Under the pieces are notes generated by a model that was not told the DNA's origin, did no database searches, and saw only the letters and a list, made by a program, of their open reading frames with translations. A DNA stretch of 64,000 nt from Haliotis rufescens (Eukaryota). Position numbers and translations under genes: made by a program. How positions within the stretch are numbered: position 1 is the first letter of the stretch; each line of letters opens with the position of its first letter. Location of the stretch: positions 2,232,001-2,296,000 of the forward strand of contig NW_025964334.1 of the NCBI RefSeq assembly GCF_023055435.1, in the 5' to 3' direction. Below, piece after piece: positions 38,501-50,900 of the stretch.

Positions 38501-39959
38501 TTGATTCAATCATCCAGGAACTTCTGATACCACAGTAGTGGATATAGCGAATATTGTTGCATTGATATCGAGGGGTGAAAACTACGCCAAGCTTATACTT
38601 TGATTGAAAATTAAAACTGAAAGCCATATTAGACATATATTTTAATATTTTTATAGAATTAAAATGTTTGTTACATAACCGGGAACGACAAAAAGTGTGT
38701 GCGTAAATACAACTGCCTCGATCTGTTGATAACTTGAGGAGACACCTCGTAGTCTTTGCAATGTTTGTGTGATCAATGCAGCTATTCTGTGTTTTGACAA
38801 CATTTCACAGAATAAAATATATATCTAAAATCACTTTGGCGTTTCTTTTTTGCAGTGTATATTTTTTCTCCGCTATTTTGCGTTTTAGACCCAATGGAAT
38901 CTGATTCGGCGGATAATCGTGATTGATTATGCTATGTCGTTGACGTTTTCATTTTTCTGACTTTGACGTTGTCGTTGACTCAACCATTTTTAGAAAAATC
39001 TCCAAACAGTTGCCTCAACTGCTAGTGTCACAATTTGGACGAGGGGAACGTCGACCGTCTTTTCCAGGGTCAGATCTTGAATCACAGAGACACAGGCTCA
39101 CAAGACATCATTGGTCTGAATCAGGTTGTCCTCTTGGGCAGTGAGGTTTGACGAATGTCATTGCCATGATGAATATTGGTTCAACGTCAGAGCCCGACGT
39201 CATCGAGTGGTATGTGCCTTCAACGTTCGTTTTCGATCCCAGCTTGTCATTGTACCTGGAAACCTCACTCGCCAACGTTACGTCAACGCAATTCTTCATC
39301 CATTTCTCATTTAGCTTCTCTGGCAACATGGTCACAACAAACTCTAGGTCCAGCATGATAATCTAGAAACAGCTAGTTTCACACACACTTTATTATGCAG
39401 AGCAGTGACTTGTGCTCCGCCTTCCAAATCCCCGGACATAAACCCCATGGAACATAGGAATAAAGCGAACTAACCCTTTCAATATCCAACAGAATATCTC
39501 TACATCAAGCAGAGTCGATTTTACAATTCCGACTATATTATGTTCATGTCTTTATGACCAGGTGATCGCGAAAAGGTGAGTGTATCCTGCCCCACCGGTA
39601 GCACCAATCACAAACACACGCAAAGGCGAAGAAAACAGGCTAATGCTGAACCCAAGCCTTGAAACTCTACTTGGCAAGGGCGAGAGTTTGAAATCATGGT
39701 CGTGTTTCTATTTTGCATGATATAGGCTGCGGAAGATGTTTAGCAGTGAATGCTAAAATACATGAATGATTCTCTTGAGTAAACCTTGGAATTCTGATGT
39801 TGCGCTTTTAATACTTATAAATGTCACAATTGCTTTTCAACATTCGTATCATATGGAGCAATAACAAATAAGTAATTGGTGATAATAACGAAACAGAAGA
39901 AACGCGAAATAGAGAATATTTTGTGGACATTCCGAGGAAAGAATAATTTCAAGCAACAT

Positions 39960-42105
39960 GTTATATACAAATGTTTGATCAACATATGTGCATGTTTAAT
40001 GCTCATATAACCAATACGCGATGTGGAAGTTGTTTAGGTAAAGGGGTTTATACTTTTATAAGTAGTACAGGAGCAAGTGTAATTGATTATGTTGGTTGGT
40101 TGGTTTGTTGTTTTACGCCGCACCCAGCAATATTCAAGCTATATGACGGCGGTCTGTAAATAATCGAGTCTGGACCAGACAATCCAGTGATTAATATCAT
40201 GAGCATCGATCCACGCGAGCCTGACCACCCGATCCCGTTAGTCGCCTTTTACGACAAGCATACATGCAGTCACATTTTACGGCAAGAAAGGGTTGCTGAA
40301 GACCTATTCTACCCAGGAATCGTCACGGGTCAATTGATTATGTGATTAGCACAAGTGATATTTTTTAACTTTGTAAAAGATTTGATGTAATTTCACGACA
40401 TTAGTCACAGCATCGTCACCACAAAATGTCCACAAGAGCGCTTCACTCAGGATCAAAACCAACCATAAACAAATTTATTTTAAATCAAAATTGTTGACTG
40501 GAAGGAATTTTTCTTAATAATCGTTTATCCGATACCTCTTCGTGAATGATTGAAACAGCTTTCGATCTTGTACATACGGACATTGATGATAGCATAAGAA
40601 TGTTCCTGATGCACTTAAATAGACTGGGGAAAAGATGAAGCGGGAAATTAAACCAGGTAAATAAGGTAGGCGATGGTTTGACTGGGAATGTTAGTCATTT
40701 TAAAGACGTATTTAGTGGTGCTGAATCAAGGCAAGATTTTCACTTGACTCAAATAGAAGATGAGTGCACTCTATCCAAATATATGCTGGATCAACCAATA
40801 TCATCTGCTATTCATGATTAGAAAAACAATAAAAGTTCAGCAAACGATGAATTGATAACAGATTTCTCATAATCTTCTTGTGTAATCACTTCTATACACC
40901 AAAAAAGGACCACTAAATGATGTAAATAACTACAGGCATACCACTCTCTAGCACATTCGTCATTTTTCTAGTTCAAGCATAAGTAAAAAATGGTATTTTG
41001 AACAGAAGCTCTTGAGAAGATTGGCGAAGAACAACTCCATTATAGATAACATTATCTTACAGGCTATTTCATGAAGAAAATAAAGAAAGCTTATCCTATA
41101 AAATCAGATCAACCATGGTTTGACTCAGAATGTGATTTCAATCGATCAGAAACGCTGAGGCTACTGAAACGTTTTAGAAGATCAAAGAACAGTGAATCAC
41201 TACATTTATTTGTTACTCAACGCAATAAATATAATGATCTAATAAGGAACAAAAAGAGACTATATGATGCATCTGTCAGAGACATGTTACTAGCTAATAT
41301 AAATAACTCAAAAAAGTTTTGGACTGTGCTAAAGAAATATACAACCAAGTCTTCAAAAAGGACAATGTAAATATATCAGAATGGTTTTCGTATGTCAAGA
41401 ACTTATTTGAAGAATGTGACGATAATTTGCCAGAACAGACTGATAAATCTGAAACTGACTATAATGCTGATGATACGGCCGCCTGTTTACTGGATTCTCC
41501 GATCAACCAAGAAGAGATACAAGAAGCAATATATAAACTAAGAAACTCCAAATCTCCAGGAAAAGATAACCTTATCTCAGAATTTGTCAAATCCTCCTCT
41601 GATATATTGTTGCCATACATGGAATTGTTGTTTAATGTCATTTTTGAATCATCTTATTATCCTAATACTTATAAAAGTATTTCCCTTTTAAGCACTTTAA
41701 GTAAACTTTTTTACATCAGTTCCTAATGCAAGATTAGTATTTTTGGGCAAATTCGTACCGCAAAGTTAGTGAGTCACAAGCGGGATTTCGAAAAGGTTAT
41801 AGCACTAATGGTAATATTTTCATTTTACAAACTATTATTCAACACAATCTTTCAAAAAAGCGTGGTAAGTTTTATGCGCTATTTGTGGACTTCAAGAAAG
41901 CTTTCGACTTTGTTAACAGATCTAAAGTATGGTTTATATTAAAATACAGGGGAGTTTCACCCAAGATGTTAAATGCACTTGAATCTATCAATAGTTGTGT
42001 GAAATCAAATAAAATATTATCTGAAACTTTTAATTATCCTTCAGGCCTTCGGCAAGGCTGCGTGTTGAGTCCCTTCATATTTTCTATTTTTATCTTATTT
42101 TTACG
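39960..42105 (+). mobile_element. Decayed RTE-X-like ORF2 (longer mirror copy)
   Basis: KSPGKDNLISEF, SQAGFRKGYST, FVDFKKAFD, GLRQGCVLSP. Confidence 0.8.
40093..40331 (-). mobile_element. SINE family 1 insertion unique to the right arm, 12-bp TSD
   Basis: aattgattatgt at 40081-40092 and 40332-40343; empty site at ~7230-7241 in the left arm. Confidence 0.93.
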
Positions 42106-43544
42106 TCCATTGGTTTCTACATGATGTTTTGGTGTATATATTTGGTGAGAATACACGATCCGTGGAAATGTTATTGTCATTGAAAGGTTTGTGTGATTTG
42201 ACATTAAAGGTCTTCCAGTGAGAATATGTATGAAGTTCATGATGGTTTGGATCTCTTTGTCTCAGCTCCATAACCGTGATGCTACGAAAGAGCAGCATTA
42301 AATTAATGAGAGTAGGTTATATCACAGAGGATACATTTTCAACGTACCTTAAAGTTTAAAAACATGTTTTTTAAATATTTGTTAAATGTGGGGAGTTTAC
42401 AAGCAATAATTGTAATTTATGGTGTCATTTAAATATAAAAAAGTAAGATGGTAAATAATAAGATTGAATTTTTTTAAAGGCATTTATCAGAAAGTGACGG
42501 ATGACAAAGTAGACACAATGTATGGATAATGACGTCTTTATTTTACTGATAAAGCGACTTTTCGGTATAGATCCTTATTCCGTTGCTTGACAGTAAAAAA
42601 GAAGTTGTTATCTATAAATTGTGTCTACTTTGTCAATAATATTGAAATCGCATTTAAATAACAAGATACATACGTAATCCTAAAGCTTATGTTCCACATG
42701 CCCATATGAGCCAGGAGAAAAACTGATTAAATATAGAAGAAGAAGCTTACGTGCATGTAGAGACATCATCTGAATATCACATTATATGTAAATGTTACGA
42801 CACTCTACCTATCTACAGGAACTATTCAAAAATTGGCCAAGGGTCGTGGAGACCAAGGAAATAGATGTCTTCCTTTAGGAACACTTTATGTGGTTATTAT
42901 TGCCTCATTTTATTGAAAAGGATCCCCCTAAAAATCACTAATCGTTGAGTAACTTACATTAATCCAGCAGAGAAGGAGATGTGCAAATAAATATATATCC
43001 ACAAATACGCTTGAACCCATTGACATAGTCACTTTAACGTATGTAATTCTAACAATTTGTGATATCAAAAACTACTTTTGATATTTAAAATAACACTAAT
43101 TCCATTTGTAATATCAAAAAATACATTAGTTGATATAAAAATGCATTTTTTTATATGCACAAAATTTACGATATTAGTAAATATTTCATGATATAACAAA
43201 ATTAAATTTGTGATATAAATTCATTCTTTGGTATCAATAAATGAATCATTGATGTCATAATATAAGGAATAACTAGTAAAACGGCGCGTACAGAAGAAGT
43301 ACATAAGAGGCGTTTAAGATTCGAAATGTTTGGGCAGTTAGGTCTTTACTATCGATGTTATTCTTTGTTTTCTAAAAGCCTCACAACGAAATAAATTGTG
43401 AAATTCGTGTGCAATGCCTGGTGAGTTACATAATTTATGTGAGTGATCTTCTCCAGGGGGTACTTTTCAAAACTAGGTATATGTTTAAAATATTTGTAGT
43501 AAAGTCGTCCTCTCAACAACAATAGTAGGTAGCAGTACTACAGA

Positions 43545-43670
43545 ACCAGAAGTGGTTCTGCGCATGCGCGAAGAGGGCATTGTGGGTAATGCGTGCGCAT
43601 CCACGATGACGTCACTTTCGGTTCCGGGATGGCCTGCGCATCCAAGAGGATGTCACATCCGGTGCCGGGG
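43545..43670. promoter_or_regulatory. CpG-rich cluster of housekeeping-type motifs (NRF1-like, ZNF143-like, CRE, ETS-like)
   Basis: tgcgcatgcgc, ggcattgtgggtaatg, tgacgtca and ttccgg within ~120 bp; function not shown. Confidence 0.4.
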
Positions 43671-43680
43671 AGGACAAAAA

Positions 43681-44859
43681 AAGCTCTCGTAAATGAAAAA
43701 AAAAAGAAAAAGAAAAATGGAACAGAAGTGCTCGTAAAATCCTCCACTTTCATTTTTAAAAAAGCGAAGAAAGTGGCGGCGGCGGCGGAGGGTGGGAGGA
43801 AGGAGACGGCGGCGGCGGCGCCGGGGGAGGAGGGAGGGAGATAGGAGGCTGCTGCGGCGGCGGCAGGAAGGAGGGAGGAGGGAGGAGGGAGGAGGAGGTT
43901 TTTGTTGTTGTTGTGGTGGTGGAGAGTGTAGTCAAAGCAAGGATGAAGGCTTTCTTTTGGGGGAGATGGGTGGTCCTGAAAAGGGCCGTTTGATCGTGAG
44001 AGACTAACTCCTCAACCACATAGGTCCTTACTGCAAAGGCACCGTCACCGTCACCCCATCATCTACAGTTTGCAAGAAGGCTAGCCTCGTTTTAGGTGTG
44101 GCCGACGCAAATGAACCAGATCGCTGAAGAGAAGGCCCCATGCGGGCTTCGTGTACACGCAGAGTGCCGATGGTATGTAATGTTTCCAAGGCGTGCAGCT
44201 GAGAAGATGGGCGTCCACAACGATCTTTGGGTGGAACACCACAAGTGGTCCCCTTACTGCGACTTCCTCAAGCTGACAGGGCTAGTGAGACACAAGAAGA
44301 AGCTACAGCTACACTATCTCTGCGAGGAGAATGTGAATCAGAGCAACACGAATGAGGAAGCTTTCGCTGCTTTCCTTGGATGAAGTTTCCGTTCCCGTTT
44401 CCGTTTCCGTTCTCGTGACGGTCCTTATTTTCACACTCAACATTTCATAGTCACTAATGTACAAGGCATTACATGTCATCATCAGATCATGCAGTTCTAA
44501 TGGATCATCAATGACTTCGTACACTTCACCCCTCACTTTCCTCAGTGTCTTGACATCAATAAGATTGGACATTATGTTGTTGCTTGGACAGCAGCAAAAA
44601 AGTTTTCTTCTTCTTGTTGAAACGGTCCTTTTCAGGGCCACCCATCTCTTCCGAAAGAATGCTTTCATCCTTGCTTTGACTACCCTCTCCATCACCACAA
44701 AAAAACACCATCTCCTCCTCCCTCCTCCTCCTCCTCCGCCGCCGCCTCCTCCCTCCCTCCCGCCGCTTCTTTCGCTTTTTTAAAAATGAAAGTGGAGGAT
44801 TTTACGTGCGCTTCTGTGCCTTTTTTCAGTCTTTTTTGTTTACATTTACGAGCGCTTCT
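43681..44859. repeat. Imperfect inverted repeats (43681-43993 / 44618-44859) enclosing two convergent ORF remnants
   Basis: Shared cgtaaaatcctccactttcatttttaaaaaagcgaa, GGA/GGC-rich tract and gtagtcaaagcaaggatgaa..gagatgggtgg.cctgaaaagg. Confidence 0.85.
44078..44270 (+). pseudogene. Decayed intronless BIR (IAP) domain
   Basis: Across frameshifts and stops: RLASF*VWP..AGFVYTQSADGM*CFQ.GVQLRRW..NDLWVEHHKWSPYCDF. Confidence 0.8.
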
Positions 44860-45423
44860 TATATCTGTATGAGGGTGAATCAATGCATGTACCTGTATGT
44901 AGGTGTATGTATGTATGTATATGTATGTGGGTGGACGTATGTATGTATCTGTATGAGGGTGGATGTATGTGTCTGTGTGTGGGTGGATGTATGCATGTAT
45001 CTGTATGAGGGTGGATGTATGCATGTATCTGTATGTGGGTGTATGTATGTATGTATCTGTATGTGGGTGTATGTATGTATATGTATATGTATGTATGTAT
45101 GTATCTGTATGTGGGTGTATGTATGTATATGTATCTGTATGTGGGTGTAAGTATGTATGTATCTGTATGTGGGTGTATGTATGTATGTATCTGTATGTGG
45201 GTGNNNNNNNNNNNNNNNNNNNNNNNNNNNNNNNNNNNNNNNNNNNNNNNNNNNNNNNNNNNNNNNNNNNNNNNNNNNNNNNNNNNNNNNNNNNNNNNNN
45301 NNNNNNNNNNNNNNNNNNNNNNNNNNNNNNNNNNNNNNNNNNNNNNNNNNNNNNNNNNNNNNNNNNNNNNNNNNNNCATGTATCTTTCTGTGGGTGGATG
45401 TATGCATGTATCTGTATGTGGGT
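44860..45423. repeat. (TGTA)n/TATCTGTATGTGGG compound satellite containing an assembly gap (Ns ~45204-45376)
   Basis: Directly visible. Confidence 0.95.
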
Positions 45424-46839
45424 TGACACCAGCCCTGGAAACATCAAACATTAACCTTCGGATGTAACGAAAGCGGATTCAGCAAATAGACGGATTATCG
45501 TATTATCGAATTATCATATATTATATATTTAACTTTCCTCATGTGCGATTTTCTGATAAATCAAACTGAATTAAATCTCTTGCTTCTTATAGTCAGAGTG
45601 ACATATTTTACTTTGTTACTGCATGGAAAACGATGATTATGAAAACATTATTCAAACAGCATATAACATCATAATATGTTTTGTTTGTTTCTTGTTTAAC
45701 GCCGCACTTAGGAATAGTCCAGCTATATGACGATTGTATGAAAATATTCGAGCCTGGACCAGACAATCTAGTGATCAATATTGTAAGCAAAGATCGGACC
45801 GGCGTGAATTTGCTGGAATATTGCAGACACTAAACAACCCAAAAACAGTCAAATAGAGTTACCCTATTTAGGTGGCCCGTCGGCACAATACCATTGTCCG
45901 TCAATTATTTGAACATATACTACGCTTTAAAGACGTTAACGATTGTTTTTAATTTGCTTGCCGGTTTACAATCTCAGAAAAGAACCAGGTTCAATTCTGT
46001 GAAAATATTTGTTACATCACTATCCAAAAAGACAAACTTAAGGAGCAACTTCATTCCTTGATCCATTGGGCTTTTGTTACAAAACGTGGTGACCAGTTAC
46101 ATATCTGTCTTCAGAGGTCCAGATAATTTGTAAAAAAAGAACGCAAATGACATCTAAAGAGAAAACAGTTTGTGAAATGCTAGACTTCTTCTTTGTTAGC
46201 ATCTCATGTACAATCTAGGGGTAAGCCAATTTGGCAAGAATTAGGCATCTGAAAGTGCACTAACTGTGCTTCCATCCTTGCGGATCTGTTTCATCATGCA
46301 TATGGATAGGAATTTCTGTTCGGATTCGTAAAGTCAAAACAAGGTAATTTGGGCAAGAAGTTTAACTTGAGTTTCCGGAACAACGATGATCTAACAATCA
46401 ATTCCCTTTCACTGATTTTCCACCTCGTCTGTGTAATAGATCTATGCTATAGACAATATCACAGATCTGTGCAAAAGGATTCAAGTTTAAAGTTGTTTTA
46501 TCAAGGTTACAACATTCAAGGCCTCAGTAAAGCTTACAAAAGGTTTAACGCTAAACATATGGAGACATTTTCAAATTTGACACATCAGTGACAAAAATGA
46601 TATCCGATGCAAATCCCCTTTTGACTTGTTCCACATGTTCCTGTGTTCTTTCAAGAAAAACAATTTACTTGCTTTTGCATGTGTTTGTGATGAGTGACAA
46701 CAGAGTTGCGTCCCTTGGCCAGTGCATGCCATGCACGGGTAGCTCCGCTAGAAACCAACAGCAAGTAACAAAAAAGAGGCGCCTAGCTGTTATAGTTGTT
46801 ACATTTCGTTTTCAACTATCTAGAGAACGTTCTGAGATC

Positions 46840-47919
46840 ATGGGCGTGTCGGTGGAGGTATGGCGAGCACGTATTGGCACTTTCACCCACCCGCGTGGGT
46901 ACCGACAAGTCGGCCATATTGAGACGCGGTATACACCAGGGACGAGATGGACGCCCGGTAATGTGTTGGGCTATCGGCTCTTAGCTACATTATTGGTCAC
47001 CTACACAGTCTTTATTCTTGGAAACTCAGCAAACCAAGTGCAAACATTGTTACTGCTGTCAGGAGATATTGAAGAAAACCCCGGACCTGCTAAGGTAGAT
47101 ATTATTGCGGTTAAGGATGAGATTTTACATGAACTTCGTTTAGTGCGAGGCGAGTTAGCGAGAGACATTAGAGACGTGAAGTCAGACACAAGGAGGCTTA
47201 ATGAGACTGTTCTTTCAATTAAGCATGACATAGAGGATGTTAAAGCTAGGCAAGATATATTTCGTTTGGATTTGGATGCTGTAGCTGAGAGACTTTCCAA
47301 TGTGGAGGGGGACGACACGAGATCAATATCAGGTCAAGCATTATCAGCCGAAGTAAGTGATAGAATTGAAAAGCTGGAGAATTCCTTGGATAAATTGGAG
47401 CAATATAGCCGAAAACAGAATGTGCTAATCTATGGAATCTCCCAAAAACCCGGAGAAACTTTACACCAACTGAAAGAAGAGGTGTGTGAGGTATTTAATG
47501 ACCATGCCCGTGACAGTGACAGTGACTGTAAGTTCACACCAAGCGATATTGTGAATACTCACCGTCTTAGATCAAGTACAGTAAATCGCCTCAGTCCGGT
47601 TATTGTTCGTTTCACGTCGTTAGACTTGAAAATCAGGGCGATTGCCCCCCGTCCAAAGCTTAAAGAGAATGGTTACGGAATCGCAAATGACTTGACTATA
47701 GCTCAACGGAAGACGCTACAGGAGCTACGACGTAACAATAAGCGCGGATATTACAAGAAAGGGGTTCTTGTGGTTGAACATATGCAGACTACAGATAGAC
47801 GTCATGAGTCTCCACCAGGCCACCCAGACACAGACCAGGCGACTTCAAAGACTCCGCCCAGGGCGGGTGTGCCAGCTAGTGTCCGAAACCCACAGAATGA
47901 AGATGATTTTCGCAGATAG
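46840..47919 (+). CDS. LINE ORF1: hydrophobic leader + 2A-like peptide + coiled coil + L1-ORF1p-like RRM region
   Basis: MGVSVEVWRARIG.., LLATLLVTYTVFILG, LLLLSGDIEENPGP, heptad region, LEQYSRKQNVLIYGI..HRL..PVIVRF. Confidence 0.85.
   Translation: MGVSVEVWRARIGTFTHPRGYRQVGHIETRYTPGTRWTPGNVLGYRLLATLLVTYTVFILGNSANQVQTLLLLSGDIEENPGPAKVDIIAVKDEILHELRLVRGELARDIRDVKSDTRRLNETVLSIKHDIEDVKARQDIFRLDLDAVAERLSNVEGDDTRSISGQALSAEVSDRIEKLENSLDKLEQYSRKQNVLIYGISQKPGETLHQLKEEVCEVFNDHARDSDSDCKFTPSDIVNTHRLRSSTVNRLSPVIVRFTSLDLKIRAIAPRPKLKENGYGIANDLTIAQRKTLQELRRNNKRGYYKKGVLVVEHMQTTDRRHESPPGHPDTDQATSKTPPRAGVPASVRNPQNEDDFRR
47041..47088 (+). other. 2A-like StopGo motif QTLLLLSGDIEENPG/P
   Basis: Exact match to the D(V/I)ExNPGP consensus preceded by a Leu-rich stretch. 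Confidence 0.85.
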
Positions 47920-50900
47920 GGGTGTGGCCAAGGCCGTAACTGTAACTCTAATACCAGACTAACCACTTCTTTTGTATTCTGGAACATTGCTGGACTACAA
48001 TCGAAGCTCCACGATACTGACTTTATCTCATTCATACACCAATTTGATGTCATCAGTTTATGTGAAACATGGTCATCCCATAGTGATAGTCAACTATGTT
48101 TCCCCGGATATATTACTCACTCCATCCCAGCTGAGCAAATATCATTTTTTGGGCGACTGTCAGGTGGTCTGGTTGTTTTGATAAAACAACACCTAGTCCA
48201 ATATGTGAAAGGTTGTGTGACCGGTCCCAACGGAATTTTCATCGTACTGGACAAGCGTTTATTTTGTTTGGGAAAGGACACCATTGTAGCTTGTGTATAT
48301 GTCCATCCTGAGGGCTCAACCTGGTATAAATCGGCTACAACGAAGTGTGGTATAAGTTTATTCTTTGAATCACTACTTGACGTGTTACAAAGATTTGGAG
48401 GCTGTAGTATTTTGATTGGTGGCGACCTTAACTCTAGAACTGGCACAGATCCCGACGGAATTGAATGTGACATTGCCGAAAGGCTTGGGATTGATGATTT
48501 TTCGGACATTTATGATAATATTGATATTAAGAGACATTCGTGTGATTCAAAAGTTAATAATTTTGGTAAAGTGCTATTGAATGTTTGTAGTGCTTTAAAT
48601 TTATATATTTGTAATGGCCGATGTGGTTCGGACGCTGGGAAAGGAGACTTTACATTTATAAGTCAGATTGGACAGAGTGTTGTTGATTATATCATAACAG
48701 GCCCTGACTTGTTTACATCATGTGACCGCTTCGATGTCCTATCTAGGCCAGATTCAGATCATCTGCCTGTTGCGTGTTCATTTGTGTCACGTGATATGGC
48801 TTCTGTGGGTGCTAGCTTATGTAATGCACGAGATGTGCGTGACAACTCCCGTTATGTGTGGAATGAAGATAAAGTGTCAACATTTAGAGATGTATTACTT
48901 TCTGACAAGTCAGCTTCAGTGTTTGATCAGTGTAATGAACATATTTTATCTGGAAAATTTGATGATGCTGTAACTTTATTCTCAGATTTATTAGGTAATG
49001 CAGCAGAATGTATGCGTAAGTTTTGCCCATCTGCTTGGTTAGTCGATAAGCAACCTTGGTTTGATAAAGAGTGTGAATTTCTTAGATTTGAAAAGCAAAG
49101 ACTGCTTAAAGTTTATAGACTACTTGGGGATCATTTGGCACTTTCAAACTATCTACATGCAAGAAATAAATATACAAATATACTCCATAACAAAAGAAAA
49201 GCCTACCAAGATAAAATTCTTAGTAATATGGTGACAGGCATACACAACAGCAAAATATTTTGGTCACAATTGAAGCTACTCTCTGGTGAGGGAAGGAGAC
49301 GCTCTCCTAATATAGAACTAGGAGATTGGTATCAGCACTTTAAGAACTTATTTGGTGAATACTCTTCTTCAGAGGTTGAGGAGAATTTAGTTTTTGACGA
49401 TGTTAATTTTGACGAAACAACTCAGAGTATTCTTGATTCCCCTATTTCACAGGATGAAGTGCTTGATGCGATTACAGGATTGAAAAATAATAAAGCTGCT
49501 GGAGATGATGGACTGATAGCAGAAATGTTTAAGTCTTCTCCTGATGTTCTGGTTCCTTTTTTGACATTCTTCTTTAATGCTATATTTGATTCTGCATATT
49601 TTCCCTCATCTTGGGCTGTTTGCCACATTGTTCCTATATATAAGAAAGGCGATGCCAATTCTCCCACTAATTATAGGGGTATCACTATCTTAAGTGTATT
49701 CAGTAAACTTTATATTTCTATTTTAAACAGAAGACTTCAGTTTTGGTCGGAATCCTATGATAGACTAGTAGAGTCTCAGGCTGGTTTTAGGAGTGGATAT
49801 TCCACAACTGATAATATTTTTGTTTTATATTCAGTAATAGAGAAATATTTGGCTAAGAAACGAGGTGTGATTTATGCCTTGTTTGTTGATTTTGCCAAAG
49901 CCTTTGATTCCATAGATAGATCCAAATTGCGTATGGTACTATACAAAAATGGTATTTCTCCGAAAATGTTCTGTTGTATACAGTCAATTTATAAACAAGT
50001 TTTGGCATTGGTCAAATACAATAACTCATTTTCTGATATGTTTAGCTGCAGTAACGGAGTTCGTCAAGGATGTGTCCTTAGTCCCATTTTGTTTGCCTTG
50101 TTCATAAATGATCTTGCCATAGATATTGAATCCAGTTGCGCACATGGTATCCAATTTCATCCAGATGTAGTTCAATTGTTTTTATTACTTTTCGCAGATG
50201 ATGTCATTCTCATAGCAGATACTGTTTATGGTCTCCAGAAAAGAATCAATGTGTTAGAATGTTATTGTAAAGATTATTCATTAACAGTCAATATTGATAA
50301 AACTAAAGTAGTAGTTTTTAAAAATGGGAGTGTTCTTTCAAAATATGAAAAATGGGTTTACGATGGAAAATTGTTGGAATGTGTAACTACATATAAATAC
50401 CTTGGTGTATTATTTTTTCGAAATCTATCTTGGAGTGCACATATATCTAATGTTGTTAATCAAGCTAAAAAGGTTTTGTTTAAGCTTTTGAAGTCCCTAC
50501 AGCTAATTAAACCTACTCCTATGAATATTTTCTTTAAAATTTTTGATGCTAAAGTTGTGCCAGTACTTCTTTACGGTGCAGAAGTTTGGGGTTTATCTTT
50601 ATCGTTTTGCGAGGAGATTGAAGTTGTTCATACACTTGCTTGTAAACGTATTTTAGGAGTTAAGTCAGCAACTTCCAATCATGTTGTGCGTGGAGAGTGT
50701 GGGAGATACCCTTTGTATATCTATGCTTTCAAAAGATGCTTGAATTATTGGTGTAAGATTTTAAAGATGCCCGATTCGCGTTATCCACGAAAAAGTTACA
50801 ATATGCTTGTGCAGCAGGCCATAGCAGGTAAGACTAATTGGGCCTCTAGAGTTAAATTACTTTTGTACGCCTATGGCTTTGGCTACGTATGGGAAAATCA

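Noticed and set aside
42502-42635. 18-bp inverted repeat tgacaaagtagacacaat, and the nearby tgatatc-rich tract at ~43040-43290
   Set aside because: Probably internal parts of ordinary MITE-like repeats; ends and TSDs could not be defined.
43538-44019. Lys/Arg/Gly/Pro-rich ORFs
   Set aside because: Low-complexity translations of the A-rich and GGA/GGC tracts in the inverted repeat.
44692-45467. His/Thr/Tyr- and Cys/Val/Met-rich ORFs
   Set aside because: Translations of a (TGTA)n satellite spanning an N gap.
46588-46839. N-terminal 84 aa of the 443-aa ORF
   Set aside because: Starts at a GTG in flanking decayed sequence; ATG 46840 (MGVSVEVWRARIG) is the more plausible ORF1 start.
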